Of a stretch of 64,000 bases of DNA, positions 54,851 to 64,000 are shown piece after piece. The stretch spans positions 70,680,001 to 70,744,000 of the forward strand of contig OX597819.1 in NCBI GenBank assembly GCA_951406725.2, given 5' to 3'. Position 1 is the first letter of the stretch. Every line of letters begins with the position of its first letter. The notes beneath the pieces were generated by a model. The model searched no databases, had not been told where the DNA came from, and saw nothing but the letters and a program-made list of their open reading frames with translations. Source of the DNA: Octopus vulgaris (lineage: Eukaryota). The position numbers and the translations under genes are program-made.

Positions 54851-55080
54851 GGCGGCGAGCTGGCAGAAACGTTAGCACGCCGGGCGAAATGTGTAGCCGT
54901 ATTTCGTCTGCCGTTACGTTCTGAGTTCAAATTCCGCCGACGTCGACTTTGCCTTTCATTCTTTTGGGGTCGATAAATAAAGTACCAGTTTCGCACTAGG
55001 GTCGATGTAATCGACTTAATCCCTTTGTCTGTCCTTGTTTGTCCCCTCTATGTTTAGTCCCTTGTGAGCAATAAAGAAAT
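54851..55080 (+). mobile_element. SINE family A with 17-bp TSD
   Basis: TATACACTT(C/A)CAACTCA at 54831-54847 and 55082-55098. Confidence 0.9.
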
Positions 55081-55164
55081 ATATACACTTACAACTCATT
55101 GACTCAAATAAAACACTAACAACAACGCCAACGTCCTCTCAACGGTGAGCCAGAGATGATTTTT

Positions 55165-55454
55165 AAAATGAGAATATCTGAAATAAACTCGACTCCTCTC
55201 ACAAACGAGAAAACTAAAAAATGAACCCGACCGTTCACAAAAATAAAGTAAAAAATAAACCGGAAAAATAATTTGAATCCTTGTCCGTACCGAATCGATC
55301 CCAAAATCTAATCAGTTCGTGCCAGTCGCGAGGCCAAACATTCCTGAAAGTTTGATCCGAATCCATCCAGCCGTTCTTGAGATATCTTGTTCATGAACAA
55401 ACAAACAAACACGATTGGAAACAATACCTCTGCCTTCGCTAAGGCGCTGATAAT
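55165..55454 (+). mobile_element. Helentron-associated (HINE/DINE-like) non-autonomous element
   Basis: AAAATCTAATCAGTTC...AAAGTTTG..AATCC..TTCTTGAGATATC..(ACAA)n..AAACAATACCTCTGCC-TTCGCTAA-GGCGCTGATAAT terminal stem-loop layout; family assignment from memory. Confidence 0.55.
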
Positions 55455-55662
55455 CTTTTCTGTTATAGGCACAAGGCCTGAAATTTTGCGGGAGGGGACT
55501 GGTCGATTACATCGACCCAGTGCATAACTGGTACTTATTTTCATCGACTCCAAAAGGGTGAAAGGCAAAGTCCACTTCAGCGGAATTTCAACTCAGAACG
55601 TAAGGACGGACGAAATATCGCGAAGCATTTTGTGCGGCGTGGTAACGATTCAGCTAGTTGGC
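55455..55662 (-). mobile_element. SINE family A (diverged)
   Basis: Reverse complement of the family A central domain and head. Confidence 0.7.
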
Positions 55663-55842
55663 CAATAATAAGGATGACGACGAAGACAACGATGGTGATG
55701 ATAATGAATAGGAGAAAGAAGAGGACGATGTCGTCATCTATAAGGACGACGACGATGAGGAGGAGGGAGAGGAAGAGGAAGGCAGAGAGGAAGGAAGAAT
55801 GATGTCGTTGCGGTTGTTTAATAAGAAAATCACCCGAAAATA

Positions 55843-56094
55843 CAGTGTTCAAAAAGTCTCTCCGCAGTGAATTTTTTTTTCATCTTGACTCTCCACGAAT
55901 CACTCACTAAGATGTATTTCAAAACATGTGTAGAAGAGTCAACTTACGTATTCAAAATGAAGGACGACACTTTCAAAACCGCTTATAAAGTTTTTTAAAG
56001 TCTTATAAAGTCTATGTTCTTTTGTAGTCTTCTACCATCTTGTAAATATTTATTTCGCACTAAAATACTGCGGAGAGACTTTCTGAACAGTCTG
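55843..56094. mobile_element. Tc1/mariner MITE
   Basis: TA|CAGTGTTCAAAAAGTCTCTCCGCAGT ... ACTGCGGAGAGACTTTCTGAACAGTCTG|TA. Confidence 0.8.
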
Positions 56095-56460
56095 TACTAG
56101 AAAAAAAGGAAGAAGAAAAGAGAGAAGGAAAGGACACGTTACAGAAGCGTTTCCAATTTCGTGTAGAAAGAAGGGGAAAGAGAGAAAGTAAGATTTAATA
56201 TACAATAAGAGCCAATACGGCCATTGCTGTAAGCAGTGTGTATGTGAATGTGTATGAGTGTGTACGCGCGTGTGTATGTGAGTGAATATGTATGAGTGTA
56301 TGTGTGAGTGTGCGCGTGAGTGTAAGTGTGTGTGAGTGTGTGTATGTGCGTGTATATGTGAGTGCATGTGTGTGAGTGTGTGTGCGTGAGTGTGTGTGCG
56401 TATATGTCTGTGTGTGTATGTGTATGTGCGTGGGTGAGTGCCTGTGCATGTGTGAGTGCC

Positions 56461-56541
<81 letters not shown>

Positions 56542-56673
56542 ATTGAGTGATGTTTTGACGAGATATCTAATTACTGTATTTCGTGATCCGAATAAATAAT
56601 TATCCCATTTTATTGATGAAGTGCGATTTGGTAAAGGATTTCTGTTCTGGTATTGGTTTGTTGTAACCATAAC

Positions 56674-56744
<71 letters not shown>

Positions 56745-57036
56745 AACAGAGAGAGAGAGACAGAGACAGAGAGAGGGAGACAGACAGAGAGAGAGAGAGA
56801 CAGAGACAGAGAGAGAGAGAGGCGGAGAGAGAGGGAGAGATTGAAAGAGATAGACAGACAGACAGAGACAGATAAAAAGTGACAGAAACAGACAGGCAGA
56901 CTGAGAGGCAGACAGAGAGTAGGCAAAGGGTGAAGAAGAGTGAGCCGAAGAGATGGGAAGAGAGAGGGCGAGTGAGATTGTGTTGTCTGTGAAGGACTTT
57001 TGTGTGTCTATAAAGACAGGGATACATATATGTGTG

Positions 57037-57090
<54 letters not shown>

Positions 57091-57271
57091 TGTGTACATA
57101 CATACATACATACATACATACATACAACTAGAGGTTCGGCAAAGTGATTGATAAAATAAGTACTGGATTTGATTAATTCGACTAGAAATTCTTCGAGGCG
57201 GTGCTCCAGCATGGCTGCAGTCCAGTGACTGTAACGAGTAAAAGGTGAAAGACACAAGCTATGTTTACGAG

Positions 57272-57902
57272 TGGATGAAGTTGTACTCATGAACTCGCAC
57301 TCATGAACTTGCACTCATGAACTTGCACTCATAAACTTTCAGTCATGTGCTTGTACTCCTGGAGTTGAACTCATGAGTGAAAGTTTCTGAGTGCAAGCTC
57401 ATGAGTGTAAGTTCCAGAGTGCAAGTTTTTGAATGAAAGTTTATGGGTTCAAGATCAAGAGAGCAAGTTCCTGAGTGCAACTCCAGGAGTTCAAATTTAT
57501 GAATGCAACTTCATGAGTACAAGCTCATCATTGAAGTTTTTCAGTGCAAGTTCAAGAGTACAAGTTCATGAGTAGAAGTACATGAGTTCAAGTTCATGAC
57601 TGCAAATTCATGTGTGCAAGTTCAAGAGTGCAACTTCACAAGTGCAACTCCAAGAGTTCAAGTTTATGGGTGCAACTTCATGCGTGCAAGCTCATAAGCG
57701 ATGTTTTGGGTGCAAAGTTCAAAAGGGCAACTCCAGGAGTTCAAATTTATGAGCTTGCACTCATGAGTGAAGTTTTTGAATGCAAGTTCAAGTGTGCAAG
57801 TTTATGAGTGCAAGTTCATGATTGAAAGTTTATGGGTGCAAGATCATGAATTTGCACTCTTGAACTTGCACTCAAAAACTTTCACTCGTAAACTTGCACT
57901 CA
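57272..57902. repeat. 14-bp minisatellite (ATGAGTGCAAGTTC) with two orientation switches
   Basis: About 45 degenerate units; flips at ACTCATGAGT 57369-57378 and TCATGA 57844-57849. Confidence 0.9.
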
Positions 57903-58098
57903 ATATAAATATTCCATATATGTTATTCTGAGCGTATGTTCACCGAAGAACCTCACATAGGGAATCCCTGAAATGTTTCCCAACCTTTTCCTTGCTTTTC
58001 TTCAATTTTATCTGCAGTATGCAAATCAGTCTTCTCTGTTCTTTTTGGAGATCCCAAGCATTTTTACGTTTCTATTAACTGCTCTCAGGGACACAATA

Positions 58099-58129
<31 letters not shown>

Positions 58130-58817
58130 ATATATTTATATATACGACGAGCTTCTTCCAGTTTCCGTCTACCAAGTCCATTCACAATCCGTTGGTCGAC
58201 CCGAGTATATAGTAGAAGACACTTGCCTAAAGGGCCACACAGTGGGACTGAACCCGAAACCATGTGGTTGGGAAGGATTGACGTGGAGCTGAAGAAAAAG
58301 CAATAACTTCTGAAATATGCATATACACCCATTCTATTTTTCTATCTCCGATTACATTATTTACATAGACGTATTCGTATACTAAACATTATAACTTTCT
58401 GTGCTGGCTCTAAATTCTTAAAAAAATTTGTAGAGATAAATTTTAATATTTCAAGTTTCCATCCAAAGCATTTGATACGTAGCGCAGAGCACCTATTATT
58501 AATATAATAGCAACACATGGAAAGCTATAGTCTGGATATAAGAGATGTAGGGCTCATATTAGTGATCCTTATATGTTTTCATTTTGCCCCAAAAGCTTTT
58601 GCCCCAACAGTACAGGACTTTTGCTCACTTTCTCATATAAGAAACCTTGGCCTATTGTGATTAGACTGGCTTGCTGTTTTTACTGTATGTATGTATGTAT
58701 GTATGTATGTATGTATGTATGTATGTATGTATGTATGTATGTATGTATGTATGTATGTATGTATGTATTATGTATGTATATATGTATGCTTGTATGTATG
58801 TATGTATGTATGTATGT

Positions 58818-59194
58818 GGAGGCACAATGGCCCAGTGGTTAGGGCAGCAGACACGCGGTCGTAGGATCGCGGTTTTGATTCTCAGACCGGGCGTTGTGAA
58901 TGTTTATTGAGCGAAAACACCTAAAGCTCCATGAGGATTCGGCAGGGGGTGGTAGCGAACCCTGCTGTACTCTTTCACCACAACTTTCCCTCACTCCTTC
59001 TTGTTTCTGTTGTACCTGCATTTCAAAGGGCCAGCCTTGTCACAATCTCTGTTACCCTGAATCTCCCGAGAACTATGTTAACGGTACACGTGTCTGTGGA
59101 GTGCTCAGCCACTTGCACATTAATTTCACGAGCAAGCTGTTCCGTTGATTGGATCAAATGGAACCCTCGTCGTCGCAACCGACGGAGTGCCACC
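58818..59194 (+). mobile_element. SINE family C, full length
   Basis: A box TGGCCCAGTGG, tRNA-like head, tail ending GGAGTGCCAC; flanked by (TATG)n. Confidence 0.85.
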
Positions 59195-59227
<33 letters not shown>

Positions 59228-59957
59228 TGTATGTATGTATGTATGTATATGTATGTGTGTGTATATTATGTATGTATGTATGTATGTATGTATGTATGTA
59301 TGTATGTATGTATGTATGTATGTATGTATGTTTGTATGTATGTATGTACGTACGTACGTACGTATGTATGTATGTATGTATGTATGTATGTATGTATGTA
59401 TGTATGTATGTATGCATGCATGTATGTATGTATGCATGTATGTATGCATGCATGCATGTACGTATGTATGTATGTACGTATGCATGCATGCATGTATGTA
59501 TGTATGTATGTATGTATGTATGTATGTATGTATGTATGTATGTATGTATGTATGTATGTATGTATGTTTGCATGTATGTATCTATGTGCGCATGCATGCG
59601 TATACGTACTCTATGCCTTAATTTACGTATAAACCTAGGAATATAATCCATCTGCTTTTTAGCAATGGGTAATATTTAATCTCCTTAATACTCTTAATCC
59701 ATTTAATGCACCGAATCTAATTAATCTAACGAAAAGCTATTAACAGAAATACAATTTTAATGAATGGTAGTTAAATTTTTCAATTATTTATGTTTTATAT
59801 TATTCTCTGATATTTATATCTTACGTACAACTTGCTGAAATTCAGGTTACATCTACACCCCCAGCACCTATGGTGACTTTCAACACGAAGTTTTATTCTA
59901 AGAAAATGTTATAGATTTGGTTTCCAACACTAAATAAATTGCTTGATAAAAACTTCA

Positions 59958-60051
59958 ACATTATTTACATTTGATGGCTGATATACCCTTCAGCCTTCAT
60001 CAGGTGTCTTGGGGAAAATTTCTGGGTTCTCTTTCCTAAGGTATTTTTCGA

Positions 60052-60100
<49 letters not shown>

Positions 60101-60141
60101 TATTATTATTATTATTATTATCATCATTATTATCATCATCA

Positions 60142-60214
<73 letters not shown>

Positions 60215-60382
60215 AGTCACTGCCTGGAATCGAACTCGGAATCTTGGGGTTAGTAGCCCGCGCTCTTAAACACTACGCCATATCCCCAAGATACCTGATG
60301 AAGGCAGGAGGGTATATCAGCCGGAACGTTGTGTTAACAACAAACAAGATGAGGACAAATATCCGTCAAATGTAAATAATGT
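59958..60382 (-). mobile_element. tRNA-headed element with HHR/pLTR-type tail and an inverted tail copy
   Basis: Minus strand: tRNA-like head 60283-60216, (AAT)n, tail with CTGATGA-a-GGCTG..CAGCC. An inverted copy of the tail at 60283-60382 abuts the head. Confidence 0.7.
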
Positions 60383-61081
60383 ACACAATTCTTCATCTCT
60401 TAAATATAGAAAAAAACTTTTAGTAAGGACATTAAAACGTTGTTTTGAAGAAAGATATTTTTGTCGCTAAGTTACCTATATATAATCACACACGCATACA
60501 TACATACATACATACATACATACATACATACATACATACATACATACATACATACATACATACATGCATGCATGCATACATACATACATACATACGTACA
60601 TACATACGTACATGTGTGCGTACATACACACAAACATTCATACACAGACAGACATATGCATACGTATACACACAGATATATACGAATTTAATCAATCAAG
60701 TATACTAACCCGCTTTAATCCTCTTTAATCCTTTGACCCTATTAGAACTTCTTCGGGGTGGAAGTTATTCTGTCAGCCATCTTACTCTCCTATCTAAAAA
60801 CACTTTCGTGCAATCTGACAGCTGTCTCATTTACTGTACACACCACTGTACCTTATTATAAACTAGATCCTTGCTAACGTCATCTAATCCCTGTCCCGTT
60901 AAATCCCCCACTCTCTATTTACCATTAAACAACCCTTCTAAGCCCGAAACTAATTTGTTACTTCGTTTTTCTCGATGCATGGCATCATGTTCGTTCTTTG
61001 GGTTTTACATGAAAACAAAAGAAACAAAAAACAAACAAAAAAAACCTAAAAACTTGAGAAACCTGAATAAATTACTAACAT

Positions 61082-61232
61082 AGGCGAAGGTGTGGGGTGT
61101 GGTTAAGAACATGGTTTCGGGCTCAGTCCAACTGTGCAGGACCTTGGGCAACAGTCTCTTACTATAGATCCCGAGCTGGCCAATGCCCTGTGAGTGAATT
61201 TTGTAGAAGCAATCTGGGTGGAAGTCCATTGT
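61082..61232 (+). mobile_element. Old SINE family B head
   Basis: ACCTTGGGCAACAGTCTCTTACTATAG core. Confidence 0.65.
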
Positions 61233-61282
61233 GTATATATATGTCCCGTTAAATCCCCCTATATCTGTGTGCGTATATATAA

Positions 61283-61324
<42 letters not shown>

Positions 61325-61705
61325 ATACAGATAAATATGTGTGCGTATATATATATATATATATAGGTTAGAGACAGGTGTTCTCTATATGGAGATTTGA
61401 GCTTGAGCCGGGAGTTGAATAAATGTAAGGAGAAGCAAGTTAGCCATGTCGATTTACACAGAATATTAAATACATTTAATAGTAAAAAATGTACGTCTTC
61501 AAATGTAAAATTCTATAATGTAAAATTCTCCCCTGAAGACGGAGGCAGTGTTATCTGGCAATGGATCCAAGTAACTATCATTATTCCGGACCACCAAGCT
61601 CCCAGAAACAGCTGTTGGACTCGTAAATCTCTACCCACTTAATTCCTGATACCATTTATATTCTGGAAGTCGGACCATTTTATATCCATACACATGTATA
61701 TTTTT

Positions 61706-61784
<79 letters not shown>

Positions 61785-61879
61785 CAGTATCTACACCTTG
61801 ATCAAAATTTATCTTTCTACTTGTTCTACAATGCATTTCAACGCTTCGAAAACAAACTTGTTTGTTTACATCGAACGTA

Positions 61880-62095
61880 ACTTTCTCTCACTTTTTTCTT
61901 CCTGTTTCTGTTGTACCTGCATTTCAAAGGGTCAGCCTTGTCAAACTCTGTGTCACACTGAATCTCCCCCGAGAACTACATTAAGGTTACACGTGTCTGT
62001 GGAGTGCTCAGCCACTTGCCCGTTAATTTCATAAGCAGGCTGTTCCATTGATCAGATTATCTGGAACCCTCGTCGTCGTAACCGACGGAGTGCCA
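61880..62095 (+). mobile_element. SINE family C 3' half
   Basis: Matches 58980-59194. Confidence 0.8.
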
Positions 62096-63249
62096 TTGTA
62101 ATAGGTTTCAGTATTCTTTTAGAAGAGTGCAGCAGACCTACGAAGAGGAATAAAATCCACGTATCTCTCACGTTACGAATCATATCGCAGAATGTCTGCC
62201 ACTCCATCTTCCCATATCGGTTTCAAATTTTGGCACAAGGCTGTGACATTTAAACTGACTTGCAAAGTGCGACAGAAATACCTTCCATATTTATAAACGT
62301 CCATTGGTATGACGCTTATAAAGTTAGGTAGAGGATAATGATACTATCATGCAGCTATTGTTTTACCGTTTTTCTTTTAGTTACTATCATGGTTTCAAGT
62401 ATTGCACAGCGTGCGTTTAACGTAGAAGCATTAATAAAGAATGGTGACTCTCAGTTTTTTTCTGTATTCTTTTCCGATTCTGTAATTTATCTTCGCGAAA
62501 TAATTCACCATCCACTTAGCGCTAACAAGGTAGATTATTTAGCTAATTTCCAACACGGTGAGATGTCCTACTTCTTTCGTTGTTTCTGACGAGGAATAAT
62601 CTCATAAATCAAATTATTAATTTACTGATACAATTTTAATGCAAAAAATTACAATAGGATACTCATATACAAAGAGAGCTCAAAACGAATTAGTTGAATA
62701 ATGATCGGCTTTTCTGAAGAAAATTGAACTCGCATAGCGAGCTGAAATTTTACCAACGAACCACGACCAGACAACGCACACGTTTAAGTGACTGAGTGTC
62801 CATTCGCTTAACGGTTTGAAATTTGAACAACATGTATAATTAGACTACACATTAGTGCTGAGGGGGTACATATAAAAGGTTCGTTAAAGTCCACGCAAGC
62901 ATTTCATGGGGCTTGAAAATTTCCCCATTTTATATAGAATGCAAGTACATCTCCGTAATATTTCTCGTATTTCTTGCTAAAAATATAAGCATGGATCGCC
63001 AGAAGCAAGACAAAGGAAAAGACGAGTGCGTACACACACACACATACACAAACACTCATACATATACGTATAAGCTTATGTATTAACTATTGATGTAGCG
63101 GCAAAACTTCGTTTCATGCTTTCATATGGAGCTTCGGTGTGGCTGGGAACGGATTACCCCTATACACATATCAGTTACTCTTGTAAGGAACAGCTTGGTT
63201 AGCAAACAGGGCTCAGGAACATATTATATTCGCATATAGAGACCCCCCA

Positions 63250-63525
63250 CTGTATATCTCGGACATTGTGAAAAATCTAAAGAACATCTACTTTGGCCAT
63301 ATTTGAAGAAATAGAAGTCTGGAAAATATGACAATGGAAGGAAAAGTAGAGGGAAGTGAATCAAGAGGTAGGCAAAGAACGCAATGGGTGAACAATATCA
63401 AGAGCTGGTTGGATAAAAGAGGCACAAGGCAGCTGGAGGACTGGCTTTTAATCGGGAAGACATTTGTCGTAAAGTCATCACTACGCGGCAGACGTACGAT
63501 CCATGAAGATGAGGACGACGACTGT
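63250..63525 (+). pseudogene. RTE (BovB-like) LINE extreme 3' end
   Basis: YFGHI..MEGKVEG..SRGRQRTQWVNNIKSW followed by a (GAT/GAC)n-like tail. Confidence 0.7.
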
Positions 63526-63581
63526 TAGAAAATTACTATTTTTAAATCTCACAACGTGAGATATTCAGCAACAGTACTTTG

Positions 63582-63823
63582 TAGTAAAGATTTTTTGCCA
63601 ACATAACATGGCAGTCCCGGTCTAGGACGAATGTTGCTGTAATTTAGCCCCAGGAAACACATCCAGCTGGCTATACGACATGATCTATGTCCCTTGTTCA
63701 AAAATATAAGGACACAGATCGTATCGTATATCCAGCTGGAGACGACGTCGCCTGGGGCTAAATTACAGCAACATTCGTCCTATACCGGGACAGCCATGTT
63801 ATGCTGGCAAACAATCTTTACTG
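63582..63823. mobile_element. Palindromic MITE (partial copy at about 28815-28948)
   Basis: Long imperfect TIRs AGTAAAGATT...TTTAGCCCCAGG / CCTGGGGCTAAA...AATCTTTACTG. Confidence 0.8.
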
Positions 63824-64000
63824 CAACGACTGTTTATAAGACAAATATAGAAAAGAAACAACTTGAAACGCTCAAACATTTTACTGAAAATTCTGGAAAG
63901 AAAAGCTCTTCTAATTTTCCATCAACGTTAGCGTGTCTTAAGCTGAGTTAGTACGATGCAGATCTGCAGCTGCATGCAACTATTGGGTTGATACATAATT

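Noticed and set aside
62580-62620. CTGACGA hammerhead-like start
   Set aside because: GAAA is missing and stem III is not formed.

Overview
AT-rich, repeat-saturated eukaryotic (animal) genomic DNA with no recognisable host gene exon. The extreme (TA)n/(CA)n/(TATG)n/(AAT)n load and the tRNA-derived SINE families resemble an octopus (coleoid cephalopod) genome; this is an inference from pattern recognition, not a database match. Nearly all ORFs in the supplied track are microsatellite artefacts. Real coding remnants are all decayed transposons: an internally deleted Tc1, an L1/Tx1-type LINE, an ORF1-only L1/Tx1-like element, an R4/Dong-type LINE and three RTE fragments. There are also many SINEs, hAT/Tigger/mariner MITEs, two Helitrons and a Helentron-like element. 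The most striking structure is a set of about 10 unrelated non-coding inverted/tandem repeats that carry type I hammerhead-ribozyme (HHR)-like motifs with a palindromic minimal stem III, the signature of Penelope-like element terminal repeats (pLTRs) and retrozymes. The highlights are a near-identical 560-bp HHR tandem array with an inverted 5' segment (38883-41302), a tRNA-headed element with an HHR/pLTR-type tail (59958-60382), and several natural HHR core variants. All HHR calls were folded by eye and activity is untested.
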